This document shows positions 1 to 13,103 of a stretch of DNA of 64,000 nucleotides, piece by piece. The position numbers and the translations under genes are program-made. The first letter of the stretch is position 1; every line of letters starts with the position of its first letter. A model generated the notes under the pieces. That model saw only the letters and a list, made by a program, of their open reading frames with translations, was not told the DNA's origin and did no database searches. The stretch comes from Gavia stellata (lineage: Eukaryota): contig NC_082627.1 in NCBI RefSeq assembly GCF_030936135.1, positions 205,172 through 269,171 on the forward strand, in the 5' to 3' direction.

Positions 1-1430
1 GCTCCAGTGCCTTGACCATCTTCGTGGCCCTTTGTTGGACTCTCCAGTATGTCCGTGTCTTTCCTGTACTGGGGAGCCCAGCACCGGACACAGCACTCCA
101 GGTGGGGCCTCACCAGTGCTGAGTCGAGGGGAAGGATCACCTCCCCCACCTGCTGGCAACACTCCTCCTAATGCAGCCCAGGACACCATTCGCCAGTTTT
201 TGGCAAGGGCACATTGCTGGCTCGTGGTCAACTTGGGGTCCACCAGGACCCCAGGTCCTTTTCTGCTGAGCTGCTTTCCACCTGTTCAGCCCCCAGCATA
301 TATCGGTGCCTGGGGTTGTCCCTCCCCAGGGGCAGGGCTTTGCGCTTCCCCTTGTTGATCTTCGTGACGTTCCTGTCAGCCCATTTCTCCAGCCTGTTGA
401 GGTCCCTCCGGACAGCAGCCCAACTCTCTGGTCTCTCAGCTACTCCTCCCAGTTTGGTGTCCTCTGCAAACTTGCTGAGGGTGCGCTCTGCCCCATCATC
501 CGGATCATTAATGATGATGTTAAACACTACTGGACCCAGTATTGATCCCTGGAGTACACTACTCGTTATTGGCCTCCAACTACACTTTGTGCTACTGTTC
601 ACCACACTCTGGGGCCTGTTGTTCAGCCAGTTTTCAGTCCACCTCACTGTTGGTTCCTCTAGCCCAGACTTCAGCTTCTCTATGAAGATCTTATGAGAGA
701 CACTGTCAAAGGCCTTCCTGAAGTCCAGGTAGACAATACCCACTGCTCTCCCCTCATCTCCCAGGCCAATCATTTCATCATAGACTTTTATCAAGTTGAT
801 CAAGTATGACACCCCCTTGGTGGAGCTATGCTGACTACTTCTGATGATTTTCTTGTCCTTCATGTGCGTGGAAATCCTTTCCAGGATGAGCTGCTTCATT
901 GCTGGGTCCTCCTTGCCCTTCTTGAAGGTTGGAGTAACATTTGCTTTTCTCCAGCCTTCAGGCACTTCTCCCAGTTGCCATGGTCAATCAAAGAGTATCG
1001 AGAGTGACCTTGCAATGACATCAGACAGTAGTTCCCTCAGCCTCAGCCCTCATGGGTGCATCCCACCTCGTCCCATGGACTTATGTACGTCCCATTTGCT
1101 TAAGTATTCCCTGGCCTGATCCTCCTCCACCAATGTTACGTCTGCCTTGCTCCAGACTTTCCCCCTGCTGTCTGGGACCTGGGGTTCCTGAAGGCCAGCC
1201 TTGCTTGCTGAGGCAAAGAAGGCATTCAGTGCCTCAGCCTTTTGCATATCTAGTGCAACCAAGTCCTCCATCTCATTCAGCTGCGGGGCCCGCATTTTCC
1301 CTAGCCTCACTTTGATCAGCCTTGGTACTTATAGAAGTACATCCCTTTTGCATTTATGGAAGCCCTTTTTGGTGTCTTTGACATCCCTGGTCAGATTCAA
1401 CCAGACTCAGCTTTCCTAACTTCATCCCTG
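1..1430 (-). mobile_element. CR1 LINE fragment (ORF2 reverse-transcriptase region), continues past window start
   Basis: Minus-strand ORFs 228-965 and 1050-1310 encode typical CR1 ORF2 motifs (EYLSKWDVHKSMG, PEGWRKANVTP, VYLDFRKAFDSVSH, FNIIINDPDDG, SKFAEDTKLGG). Nearly identical in inverted orientation to the CR1 copy at 33290-34850. Confidence 0.85.
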
Positions 1431-1435
1431 GATGC

Positions 1436-1620
1436 TCAGACAGCATCGCTGTATTCCTCCCAGGTTACCCGTCTTTGCTTTCACCCTCTGTCACACTTTT
1501 ATGACATTGTATTTCAGTAAAACCACTTTTGCTGATACCTTTGACAGTAGTTCTTTAAGCAATCTAAATTGCCCATTCGCAACCAAGTGGCGCAGTCAGC
1601 AGGATGGGAAGTGGTATCAC
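1436..1620. repeat. ~110-bp segment repeated again at 3960-4080, flanking an ERV-like insert
   Basis: ctgtcacacttttatgacattgtatttcagtaaaaccacttttgctgatacctttgacagtagttctttaagcaatctaaattgcccatt recurs almost identically at 3960-4075. Confidence 0.6.
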
Positions 1621-3960
1621 TGATTACTGACAGAAGCACGGAATAAGTCCAAGTCCCAAATTCTCGGAAGAATGGGCTTGCAATCACTGGCATGACTGGG
1701 ATGCTGTTGAAGAACAATTAAAATTAGCAAAAGGAAATATTAAAGATGGTAAAGGAAAAAGAAATTATTTGTAAGATGTTAGGTACCTGCCTAGAAGCTG
1801 CCTGTCAGGATAGGAAAAACTGTAATAGAGAGGGACAAGATCTGAGGGAGGAAATAGAAGTCAGGAAGGCAGCTGAGTTATTACTGTCCCTGCAAATTGA
1901 ACAGCTACAGAAGCAGTTACCAGAAGAAAAGCAGAAAAAACAAAAATTGGAAGAAAAGATCGAGATGATGCTCATGCGGGTCCCACACCCACCTAACCCC
2001 ATGCAAATTAGGAAACTAATAGCGTGCCCAGAGGATTGGGATGGTGCTATTTGGGGTGATCCTGACGACCATGATGAGGGAAATATGAACCGCTTGCCCT
2101 TTTTGGACTCCTCTGAATATAAGACTAGAGCCATCATTAAAGCAGAATACTCTGAAGGACCTTGGGGAGGTGGTCAGCGATAGACCATGTTATTGCATGA
2201 ACTAGCACGGCCACCCTTAAGGAATTTGGTTGCGTTCAATGAGAACTCTTACGGCTAGATTAATGAATAGTGTAGTTCATTAAAGCAACAGAATGCACAA
2301 GTTCTTTTGGATTCCCGGTGATAGAACTACTGCCCACAAAGCATGTGCACATACCAAGAACATGAGTAATATAGCCTGGCTACAAACACGTTAAATCACA
2401 AAACAGCTCTACAGAGGTTTCTTAATCTCCCAGGGAAACACTTAGTATAGCCAAGTGTTAATATGAGTAACATAGCCTGGCTACAAGCGCACTAAATCAC
2501 AAAACAACTCTACAGAGGTTTCTAAATCTGCCGGGGAAGCACTTGGTATAGCCAACTGTCCGAATCTTACCCAAAGGTGTCACTATTCGGGGGGAAGAGA
2601 GGTTCAGCCCGTCAACTAATCCCAGGTGTCAGAGCAGGTCTGCGATGGCATCTTCCCTAACACTCACCCTCTCTTAAGCCTTTTTGTACTATTTTTTACT
2701 TTACAGGTGGAGCTTGAGTGATTCTAGTCATGTATTTCTTTGTTGTAGTTGGTGTAAAAGTTTCTCGCTTTGCTTTTAAAGGTATAGACCAAGAAAAATT
2801 CACAGCGCAGGCTCAGTGAGGAGTGGACGCACCTTGGAGGTGGGTAGCTTTGGGATGGAGGTGTGTTTTTTAGTAGTATAATGAGATTATAATGAGTATT
2901 TTGTCAAAAAGGTGACAGACTGTGGGCCCATTCCCAGGTACTCCACTACACACCATTACACACACTAAATAGGTTATTGTATCTTTGTACAGTAGCATTG
3001 TCGTTGACCGGGTACATATCCTAGTTATCAGGGTGAGTCTCCATTTCATTGTTCCATAGTACCTTCCAGTTCCCCTCTTATTACAGAGCCTGACCGCGGT
3101 GTCTCCACTCCGTTCCACCCTCCGTACAGTTTCTCTTACGAGTCAGCACACCAAGCTCCCCTGGCATTGCCAACACCTAAGGTTGCCTAGGGAACCTTTG
3201 TGGGATAGAGCTCTTGCATGACCGCCACACTCCACCCTGAAAGCTTCTTCAATGCTGTACCTTTCCTAAAAATGCGAATATAGATTTAATTTCTAAGTCA
3301 CCTCCAGCAATAATTCCACAGTGGAGACGAAGGAAACAATTATTGTTTCCTTCTGGTCTGGGAGTTTTCTTAAATGTAGGACCCGACCCAGGTGATAAAG
3401 CCCATTCTATCACCAGTACGGTAGCCTACCGGGCTGGGGGAACAGATCCCTTGGATCGAGGTGAACCTCGTATGATTCCCATCCATTCCCTAAGTGAACT
3501 CTCCACTGCCATCACCAAAGCAGCCTGCATACAAGCGATGCACAAACATGGAGAGTCGGGTGATACTCTGCTATCTGCTACTGTAGCTTATACTATGTTA
3601 AAGCCACTCATTAGCCCCGGTATTGTAAACCATGGCCATGCAACGGGGTGGGACAATCTGTCGACTGAGACATCAGACCCAAGACCCTGAGTGGAAAACC
3701 ACCAGGTGCGACCCATAACACAAACGCTCCCACAAGGATTGGGAGGCAGACAAGTGGAACATAAAACCAAAGACCTGTGAGTAGAGTTTTGAGAAAGAAG
3801 AAAGGAGTTATGGAGAAAAGTATTTGCGTTAGGTGTTCCAAAGATGACAAAGCAGGGACAACCAACAAGTACAATACTAAGTTTAATAAAAGCATTCCAA
3901 AAATTGAGTGGAAATGGGGAAACTAACTGGCCCCCTAATGTCCCACCACCGACACCGACT
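1620..3960 (+). mobile_element. ERV/LTR-retroelement-derived segment (gag-like ORF, internal ~100-bp tandem duplication)
   Basis: ORF 1746-2183 is a charged coiled-coil gag-like ORF. A direct ~100-bp duplication at 2360-2560 (atagcctggctacaa…ctacagaggtttct…) resembles LTR U3 enhancer repeats. Segment 2925-3060 is homologous to 13096-13240, which follows the downstream LTR pair. Confidence 0.4.
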
Positions 3961-4120
3961 CCACATCGAACTTTGTTAAGTCACACTTTTATAACATCGT
4001 ATTTCAGTGAAACCACTTTTGCTGATACATTTGGCAGTGGTTCTTTAAGCAAGCTAAATTGCCCATTAGCAACAATACCCCACCCTTCCATGCCTCCAAC
4101 CCAAGCCATTCCATGATTCT
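3960..4120. repeat. Second copy of the ~110-bp repeat; ends in a CR1-like ATTCTATG tail motif
   Basis: Matches 1436-1620 and ends …gccattccatgattctatgg. Confidence 0.55.
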
Positions 4121-5350
4121 ATGGCTCTAAGTCCATGGATTGTGGTAAGTGTATTCTCCAGTATTCTCCTGGAGAAGCTGGCAGCCCGTGGTTTAGACAG
4201 GTACACTCTTCGCTGGGTAAAAAACTGGCTGGTTGGCCGAGCCCAGAGAGTTGTGGTGAATGGGGTGAAATCCAGCTGGCGGCCGGTCACAAGCGGAGTC
4301 CCCCAGGGCTCAGTTTTGGGACCGGTCTTGTTTAATGTCTTCATTGATGATCTGGATGAGGGGATAGAGTGCACCCTCAGCAAGTTTGCAGACGAGACCA
4401 AGTTGGGAGGGAGTGTTGATCTGCTTGAGGGAAGGAAGGCTCTGCAGAGGGATCTGGACAGGCTGGATCGATGGGCTGAGGCCAACCGGATGAAGTTCAA
4501 TAAGGCCAAGTGCTGGGTTCTACACTTTGGCCACAACAACCCCAGGCAACGCTACAGGCTTGGGGACGAGTGGCTGGAAAGCTCCCCCGCAGAAAAGGAC
4601 CTGGGGGTGTTGATTGACAGCCGGCTGAATATGAGCCAGCAGTGTGCCCAGGTGGCCAAGAAGGCCAACGGCATCCTGGCTTGTATCAGAAATGGTGTGG
4701 CCAGCAGGAGCAGGGAGGTGATCATGCCTCTGTACTCGGCTCGGGTGAGGCCGCACCTCGAATACTGTGTTCAGTTTTGGGCCCCTCACTACGAGACAGA
4801 CATTGAGGTGCTGGAGCATGCCCAGAGAAGGGCGATGAAGCTGGTGAGGGGTCTGGAACACAAGTCTTATGAGGAGCGGCTGAGGGAGCTGGGGTTGTTT
4901 AGCCTGGAGAAGAGGAGGCTGAGGGGAGACCTTATCGCTCTCTACAACTACCTGAAAGGGGGTTGCAGAGAGGTGGGTGTTGGTCTCTTCTCCCAAGTGA
5001 CTAGTGACAGGACTAGAGGAAATGGCCTCAAGTTGCGCCAGGGGAGGTTCAGGCTAGATATTAGGAAAAAGTTCTTTACTGAGAGAGTAGTGAAACATTG
5101 GAATAGGCCGCCCAGGGAGGTGGTAGAGTCACCCTCCCTGGAGGTATTCAAGGAGCGTGTGGATGTGGCATTGTGGGATGTGGCTTGATGGGCATGGTGC
5201 TGTGTGGTGTTGGGTGGGTTGGTTTTTGGTGTGTTGTGGTTTGTTTTTTGTGGTTTGGGTTTGTTTTTGGTTTTGTTTTTGTTTTTGTTTTTAAGGTTGG
5301 ACTTGGTGATCCTACAGGTCTTTTCCAACCTTAGTGATTCTGTGATTCTG
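4121..5350 (+). mobile_element. CR1 LINE, 5'-truncated, ORF2 C-terminal half plus 3' UTR
   Basis: ORF 4121-5188 encodes the CR1 RT C-terminus ([13 protein letters not shown]…[17 protein letters not shown]…[20 protein letters not shown]). It is followed by a (GTTTT/GGTTT)n tract and the canonical CR1 tail ggttggacttggtgatcctacaggtcttttccaaccttagtgattctgtgattctg at about 5300-5350. Confidence 0.9.
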
Positions 5351-5469
5351 AGAAGTGCTTCTGAGGTCACTCCTGCCCCAGTACTTGGTGGGCCAGCAGC
5401 AGGCAAAGGGGATGGGCAGGTGTCTCTCAGATGGTCTTGTCTTCTTGTAGGAAAACCCTAAAATAGCTC

Positions 5470-7850
5470 CAATGTCCAGAGTGGAGTAGGGGACCGTCCG
5501 TCGCAGTCACAGCACCGTTCCGTGCCTGCCATGGCCACAGCTGCAGGAGCCAGCCGTGCCCAGCACGGGGCAGCCCGTGGCCACCTCCAAAGTGTCATAA
5601 AACTGTTGTCCTTTGTCCTGTCACTACAGGCCTTGGTAAAAAGTCTCCATCTTATAAGCCCCCCTTAAGTATTGAAAGGCTGCAATAAGGTCTCCCCAGA
5701 GCCTTCTCTTCCCCAGGCTGAACAACCCCAACTCTCTCAGCCTGTCCTCATAGGAGAGGTGTTCCATCCCTCAGACCATTTTTGTGGCCCTCCTCTGGAC
5801 CCACTCCAACAGGTCCATGTCTTTCCTGCACTGAGGACTCCAGACCTGGACGCAGTGCTCCAGGTGGGGTCTCACCAGAGCGGAGCAGAGGGGCCTCGAC
5901 CTGCTGGCCATGTTTCTTTTGGTGCAGGATACAGTTGGCTTTCTGGGTTGCGAGTGCACATTGCCCGCTCACGTCCAGCTTTTCATCCACCAGTACCCCC
6001 AAGTCCTTCTCTGCAGGGCTGCTCTCAATCCCTTCATCCCCCAGCCTGTACTGATGCCAGGGTTGCTCCAACCCAGGTGCAGGACCTTGTACTTGGCCTT
6101 GTTGAACCTCACGAGGTTCACATGAGACCACTTCTTGAGCTTGTCCAGGTCCCTCTGAATGGCATCCGGTCCCACAGGCGTGTCAACTGCACCACTCAGC
6201 TTGGTGTCATCTGCAAATTTGCTGAGGGTGCACTTGGTATCACTGTCTATGTCATTGATGAAGATATTCAACAGTACTGGTCCCAGTACAGACCCCTGAG
6301 AGCCACCTACAGCCAACTGCCCAGGATCGTGTCCAAGGGGCTTTTGAATATCTGCAAGGACAGAGACTTTACCACCTCCCTGGGTAACCTATGCCAGTGC
6401 TCGGCCACCCTCACACTTCCCTGATGTTCAGAGGGAACCTTCTCTGTTCAGCGTGCGCCCGTTGCCTCCGGTCCTGTCACTGGACACCACTGAAAAGACC
6501 CTTGCTCCATCCTCTTTGCACTCAACCTTCAGGTATTTAAACACACTGATAAGATCCCCCTGAGCCTTTTCTTCCCCAGGTTGAATAGTCCCAGCTCTCT
6601 CAGCCTCTTCTCCTAGGAAAGATGCTCCAGTCTCTTGATCGTGTCAGCGCCCCTTAACGGGACTCCCTCCAGTATGGCCCATGTGTCCCTTGTACTGAGG
6701 AATTTGGTTTTCTTAGGCACATTAGAAGTTGCTCTCCTTCCCTTTAGCAAGCAACTTGGGAAGGGGAATGAAGGGCTCAGGCTTAAAGGCAGCCCAAGAC
6801 AGGGTAGGGAAACTTGAACAGTAGAAGGGGAAGAGTTTTAACTCCAGGCTTTTCCCTGTCTCTTCCCACTAATGTCCACAAGCAGCATCCCCTCCGCTTC
6901 CCCTCCCTTTGCCTCCCGCCTCTCTGCCTGTCTCGCATACTTGTGAGCCTCACAGACCAGACCCATTCTCATGTCTCCAGTGATGGACCAGTTTGGGCTC
7001 AACTGTGTGTCCAGCGTGCAGTTGTACCTGCATAGCCAGCTGTTGCAAATCCCTGTTGAATGACCCTGTGTGGAAAGCCTCAAACTGAGCCAGTGAGAAT
7101 GGATGGTTGCTGAAGGAATGAAGAACCCTGTGAGCACAGGTCTCTGCAGAGACCTCCAGGAAAGACAACGTGGAGCGGAGGTTTCCTGTGAGTTCCCTCA
7201 GCCGCTCCTGGTAGAACTTGCTCTCCAGACCCCTCATCAGTTTCGTCGCCCTTCTCTGGACACGCTCCAGCACCTCAATGTCTGTCTCGTAGTGAGGGGC
7301 CCAAAACTGAACACAGGATTCAAAGTGTGGCCTCGCCAGTGCTGAGTACAGGGGGACAATCACTTCCCTACTCCTGCTGGCCACACTATTTCTGATACAA
7401 GCCTGGATGCCGTTGGCCTTCTTGGCCACCTGGGCACGCTGCTGGCTTCTATTCAGCCGGCTGTCGATCAACACCCTCAGGTCCTTTTCCACTGGGCAGC
7501 TTTCCAGCCACTCATCCCCAGGCCTGTAGCTTTGCATGGGCTTTTTGTGACCCAAGTGCAGGACCTGGCACTTGGCCTTGTTGAATGGCATACAACTGTC
7601 CTCAGACCATTGATAGAAGACTTTCTTGTTGCCCTTCACATGCCTCACCAGATTCAACTCCAGTTGGGCTTTGGCTTTTAATCCCTGCACACTCGGACAG
7701 CATCTCTGTATTCTTCCCAAGCCACTTTCCCATGTTCCCACGTCCTGTATGGCTCCTTTTCATGTTTGAGTTTTGTCAGGGCTCCTTGTTCATCCATGTA
7801 AACCTCCTGCCACCTTCGCCTTTTTTCTCATTCATCAGGATTGATGGCTG
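5470..7850 (-). mobile_element. Cluster of nested CR1 LINE fragments (minus orientation)
   Basis: Minus-strand ORFs 5969-6316 ([13 protein letters not shown]…[12 protein letters not shown]), 5748-6131 and 6950-7741 ([12 protein letters not shown]…[25 protein letters not shown]) carry CR1 ORF2 motifs. The plus-strand ORF 5672-6424 is their antisense artifact. Confidence 0.8.
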
Positions 7851-7879
7851 TTGAGCTTGGAGGAGGTAAAAAAAAAGTT

Positions 7880-8800
7880 TTTTCCTACGCTTGCAAAGTT
7901 CTAAAGGGCAAAGTCCAGCACCTGGGGAGGTATAACCCCGTACACCAGTACATGCTGGGGGCAGGCCATTCGGAAAGCGGCATTTGAAGCCTCCTGCGAG
8001 GCTGCAGGCTGGGATGGGAGAAGTTGGGATTGCATCTCAGCTGGGGACTGGTCCTGGCACAGGGCTGCCCCACAGAGCGCTGCCCCTTTGGTGTCTCTGC
8101 CACCACAGAGCGCTGCCCCTTTGGTGTCTCTGCCACCACAGGTGGGTCAACAGAGAGGAGCAAATTCCTCCTCCTGCACTGCCTCTGCCACCGAGCGCAA
8201 GGCTTCTGTGTGTGTCACATCTGTCCCCAGCTGCAGCAGCAGGAGCAGGGAAGGGGCCAGGCAAGTGCCCTCCCTTGGGGTGCCTTGGTTCTCCGGGCTC
8301 GGAAGGCGGCGGGGGTAGTGGCGGGGACACGGGACGGGAAAGATGGGCTCCTGGGCTTGGAGTGCCTGCAAACCCTCACCCAGGCACGGGGCCTCCCCAT
8401 GCACCCCTCTGCCTGCCAGCACCCCCTGAGTGGGGTGAAGGATGGCATACCCTCTCCTGGGGGCTGGGGGTGGGGGCTGACTGAGGGACCCTCCCCCTCC
8501 CGCAGCACCAGGGACTGTCCCTGCACCTGCGCTGTGCCCCAGGACACCTCCACCCCAGGGCTCTGCAGCGCAGCAGGCGAGTGCACTCGGCCGACAAACG
8601 AAAGCTTGGTGGTTCAGCCCCCCGGGATGGGGCTGGGCTCTGGGCAGTGCGGCCAGCAGGGTTGTGCTGGCTGGTGGTCTGGATCTGTCCCAGCTGAGCA
8701 CCTGCTTGGGGCTGGGGGAACCAAAGCTGGACCACATTGACCGAGATCTCCTGGAGTGCGATGGTGGTTGAGAGGATGGACTGCTCATCTCTTCTGCTCT
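7880..8800. other. GC/CpG-rich island with a 35-bp perfect tandem duplication; no supported coding
   Basis: GC content is very high and ORFs overlap on both strands, typical of a composition artifact. cagagcgctgcccctttggtgtctctgccaccacag occurs twice in tandem at about 8073-8142. Confidence 0.4.
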
Positions 8801-9600
8801 GTGCATGCAGGTGCCAATGGCACCCTCACTAGTGACTCTTCTCTTTCTGCCTCAGAAACGACTTAGAAGGAGACTTCTGGAGCAGTGGCAGTCTTGCATT
8901 CACTATCCCTGCAGACATGCATCTTCAAGCCCGTTCTCAAGCTGGCAAGACAATAACCACACTGAGACGGACATGCCTGTCCTCTCCTCCCTCCTCGCTC
9001 TTGCGCTCATTGACAGAAAAAGCCAAACTTCTCCAGCAGTGTCTCCCTGGGGCAGTCAGCCATGGGACAGCAGGTCTGCCAGAGGCTGGGATGTGCATGT
9101 GGCTGTGGGACCCAGACTAGTCTGTGCATGTTCCTTGGTCTGATGGATTCACTGGGGAGGGAGAAGGGATGTCCTGGCTGACCATCCTGGTTGAGCTCCT
9201 GGTGGGAAAGCCACAGCACGATCCAGAGGAGGACCTGAGGATCTGCTCACGGCTGCATGAGCAGGACATTCTCCCACTGTGCACGGACAGGGGGCTGCAA
9301 GGGACTGTGGCTGGGATGGACAGTGCAGGCTGGTGGGTGGCTAGGTTATGGGTCTGGGGATGGTTGAGGTGCTTGTGCTGTGAACCCTTGGTCTTGTGTG
9401 GAGGTGGCAGAGAACACAGAAGTAAACTCTGGGTGCGATGTGCAGGAACGGCAAAGGAAGGTAAATTTGGAGAGGAAAAATGACTGCCAGTCTCTAAGCT
9501 GGGGATGCTCTGAAGTCATGATGTCATGGTGTGTAGCTGTCCCTGCTAGACCCTGGGGAGTCACTGCTGCCACCTCTATGCCACCTTGGAGATTCCCCAC

Positions 9601-10262
9601 TGTGCTGGTTTTGGCTGGGATAGAGTTAATTTTCTTCACAGTAGCTAGTATGGGGCTGAGTTTTGGATTTGTGCTGAAGACAGGGTTGATAATACAGAGA
9701 TGATTTCATTACTGCTGAGCAGTGCTTACACAGTGTCAAGGCCTTTTCTGCTTCTCGCACCACCCCACCAGTGAGTAGGCTGGGGGTGCACAAGAAGCTG
9801 GGAGGAGACACAGTTGGGACAGCGGAACCCAGCTGACCAAAGGGATATTCCATACCATATGACGTCATGCTCAGTATATAAAGTAGGGGAAAAGCTGGCC
9901 GGGAGACCGTTGCTTGGGGACAGGCTGGGCATCGGTTGGAGGGTGGTGAGCAGTTGTTTTCATTTGCATCACTTGTCTTTCTTGGGTTTTGTTTTGCTGT
10001 TGTTGTTGTTGTTGTTATTTTTTATTACAATTTTTAATTATAATTATTATTGTTATTATTACTATTATTATTATTTTTATTATCATTATTATTAGTAGTA
10101 GTAGTAACATTTTATTTTATTTCATTTATTAAACTGTTCTTATCTCAACCCACGAGCTTTCTCGCTTTTACTTTTTTTGATTCTCTCCCACATCCTGCTG
10201 GGGCAGAGGGGGAGTGAGTGAGCAGCTGTGTGGTGCTTAGTTGCCGGCTGGGGCGAAACCAC
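9601..10262 (+). mobile_element. LTR copy 1 of an avian LTR retroelement, carrying an internal microsatellite expansion
   Basis: Starts TGTGCTGGTTTTGGCTG and contains TATA-like gtatataaag. It is about 80% identical to 12518-13103 in the same orientation. Its U3-like part holds an inserted (GTT)n/(ATT)n/(AGT)n block at 9985-10125. Confidence 0.7.
9985..10125. repeat. Compound microsatellite (GTT)n (ATT)n (AGT)n inside LTR copy 1
   Basis: gttgttgttgttgtt…attattattgttattatt…agtagtagtagt is read directly from the sequence. Confidence 0.9.
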
Positions 10263-12517
10263 CACGCCCACCTTGGGGAAGGAGGTGATGCCCAGGGCTG
10301 TTCGCTGCAGGTCTGTCCATGCTGCTGCACTCCCTGCTGATGCCCAGAGAGGAGCATGTATGTATTTCATCCAACATTGCAGCGTGGAGCAAAGGGGTCA
10401 AAAAACTCTGCCTGGGAAAGCAGGTGGCTAAGCAAGGCTGGTGCTGTGGAGATGATCGTCCCCAACGGGAGCTGGGTCTGGGCACCCAGGCAGAGGTGAG
10501 GGAGTTGTGCAAGTGGGACAGCAGTGTGGGATGTCAAGGGATGTCAGGAGCTGCCACTGCCTCCAGCAGCTCTGGCCCAGGACCCCCCTGGGGGACCCAG
10601 GGTCTCTGCCCAGAATGAGGGACAGAGCTGCTGCTTTTCCCTTGGGAGGTTCAACCAGCAGCGAAGGTGAGCACGGTGTCCCAGAGACACACATGTACAG
10701 ACACAGGTGGTCACACAGCCTGCCACAGCCAAGACTCTGCAGCCGGCAGCACCCATGCACAGGACGCCCATCACACACCCGCACCCACAGACACGTCCCC
10801 TCCTCTTCTGGGGCTGGCAAAGACAGACGGTCACTCATGCAGGAACACACACACACTCAGGGTTCACGAACAAACACACACTCATGGGTCCCCCGAGCAT
10901 CAGTATGGCCCCTCTGTTTCCCGGGACCCCTGCCTGGACCTCAGCCCTCTGACCCACCCCAGGGGTCCCTGACTCACAGCTGGTCCAGCTCGGTGGTGGC
11001 TGCAAACATGCAGCACTTGCACACCCATCCCATGGGCACTCCACACTCACGGGTCCCCCCAGGTACCAGCACAGACCCCTGCTCACCTGATACCCCAGCC
11101 TGGGCCTGAGGTCCCCCTGCTGCCATCTGGTCCAGCCCGGTTTTCTGGTGAAAACCCACGCACGCCCCATGCACACCCCCTGATTTGGGGGGAATCAGAC
11201 CCTCCCCCTCCCAGCAGCCAGCACCAGGCACACGGGCCATGACCCATGGTCCTGCTCCAGCCACTGGCACGGAGCCCCTCACTCACCCTGTGAAGGGAAA
11301 ACCCAAATTGCAACTGTCCAGCACCTGGTGACCAAGGAGCGATCTGGCAGGGAGGCAGGAAGGGGTTAAGCTGGCAGGGAGCAGAGCCTCTCCAGGCCCC
11401 AGAGCTGGTGCAGGTTCCCTGGCTGGTGAGATGGGACATGCTGCAGGATGGACTCCTGAGGGTCCTGCAACGGGGTGCTCAGGGGCCACCCCCGGCAGCA
11501 GAGCTGGGCTGGGGATGGACCCACGGCCGGGCTGAGGGGCCCCGAGCCGCTGCTCACGGGCCAGGCGCTGGCCCCAGCATGGGGAAGGAACCGGCTCCTG
11601 CCCCATCCGTGTGAACCCTTGCAGAAGCCCTTGCGGCGGTAGGACTCTGCCCCATGTGTGGCCCGTCACATCTCTCTGTTTAAGCACAAATGTGTGTTCC
11701 ATTCGCATCAAAGGGTACAAGAAACAGTCCCCAACACCAGTCCCCCCGGTAGCTGGTTTTGGGGACACACACCGTTCCTGCCCCACTGGCTGGAGGCCCA
11801 GACCCCCACTGATCCTGGTCTGACTCCTGTTGCTGGCCCCAAATCCATTCATGACAGTCTCTCTCGGCAATAGCTGGCACCTAATCCTCGCAACACACAC
11901 CCACGCACACCCCCCGAACACCTCCTACACCCCAGTGTCAGTGCCACTGCTGAGGTGCACTCTCCCGATGTGGTCTCCTTACTGCCTCCTTTATCACTTG
12001 TTGGTCAGGTCAGTGTCTCTGCACCTTCTTGCACTGGAATCCTACTTGGTCTGATCTCCACCGGCAGAGAGGGTAAGACAGTCCGGGCAAGGCCTTATGG
12101 CAGTTCCATCTGGGTGGCCAAAAATCTTGTCCCTAAATCAGGGCTCTTCACCCCGTGTGCAAAATGCCAATCACCACACTGAGTCAAGATATTTGTCTTT
12201 ATTGCCAGTCTGCAGAGTGGGGTGCCGGGCATTTGAGATCAGCCAGCACACCGCTCACAAACATACAGGGGCTTTTATACAAACCAGTAACAAAGAAAGA
12301 ATCCCATTACAATAACTAATTGGTCACTAATAGGAAAGTTCATCTACGCATGTCTTATTTTAATGTAACTCATTATACTAAGGCGGACTTATATTTGCAT
12401 TTAAAATCTCCTCCTAGGGGTGTATTTTTTAGGATTAAAATCACCTGAGGTTAGCTTAGGATACAAGTCTTGATTAAATTCCAAAATACTTCTTTACAAC
12501 AAATCCATGTGCTGGTT

Positions 12518-13103
12518 TTGGCTGAGGTAGAGTTAATTTTCTTCATAGCAGCTAGTATGGGGCTCTATTTTGGATTTGGGCTGGAAACAATGTTGATAAA
12601 GCAGGGATGTTTTAGTTGCTGCTGAGCAGGGCTTATACACCATCAAGGCCTTTTCTGTTCCTCACACCACGCCACCAACGAGCAGGCTGGGGGTGCACAA
12701 AAGTTGGGAGGTGACACAGCTGGGACAGCTGACCCCAACTGACCAAAGGGATATTCCATACCATAGGACAGCATGCTTAGCATATAAAGCTGGGGGAAGA
12801 TGATGGAAGGGGGGGACATTCAGAGTAATGGCGTTTGTCTTCCCAAGTAACCGTTAACGCATGATGGAGCCCTGCTTTCCTGGAGATGGCTGAACACCTG
12901 CCTGCCGATGGGAAGTGGTGAATGAGTTCCTTGTTTTGCTTTGCTTGCCTGCGCAGCTTTTGCTTCACCTATTAAACTGTCTTTATCTCAACCCACGAGT
13001 TTTCTCACTTTTACTCTTCCGATTCTCTCCCCTATCCCACCTGGGGGGAGTAAGCGAGCGGCTATGTGGTGCTTAGTGTCTGGCTGGGACTAAACCACAG
13101 CAG
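12518..13103 (+). mobile_element. LTR copy 2
   Basis: Homologous to 9601-10262 (tgtgctggttttggctgaggtagagttaattttcttcatagcagctagtatgggg…catataaagctggggg…aaaccacagca). Confidence 0.7.

Larger units (their letters stand above)
9601..13103 (+). mobile_element. LTR-pair element: two same-orientation LTRs flanking a ~2.2-kb GC-rich non-coding internal region (non-autonomous ERV or TRIM-like)
   Basis: The LTRs at 9601-10262 and 12518-13103 are homologous. The internal region 10263-12517 has no gag/pol/env-like ORF and no clear PBS or PPT. Confidence 0.5.

Noticed and set aside
4121-5188. 355-aa ORF as a possible host protein-coding gene
   Set aside because: It is the CR1 LINE ORF2 reverse-transcriptase C-terminus (…[12 protein letters not shown]…[20 protein letters not shown]), directly followed by the CR1 3' tail.
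5672-6424. 250-aa plus-strand ORF
   Set aside because: Antisense read-through of minus-strand CR1 fragments with no independent support.
7984-8806. 166-238-aa ORFs in the 7880-8800 GC island as a possible gene upstream of MVP
   Set aside because: Overlapping ORFs in several frames on both strands, low-complexity translations, and an internal 35-bp tandem duplication. Treated as a non-coding GC-rich island, though a 5' exon of an unknown gene cannot be excluded.
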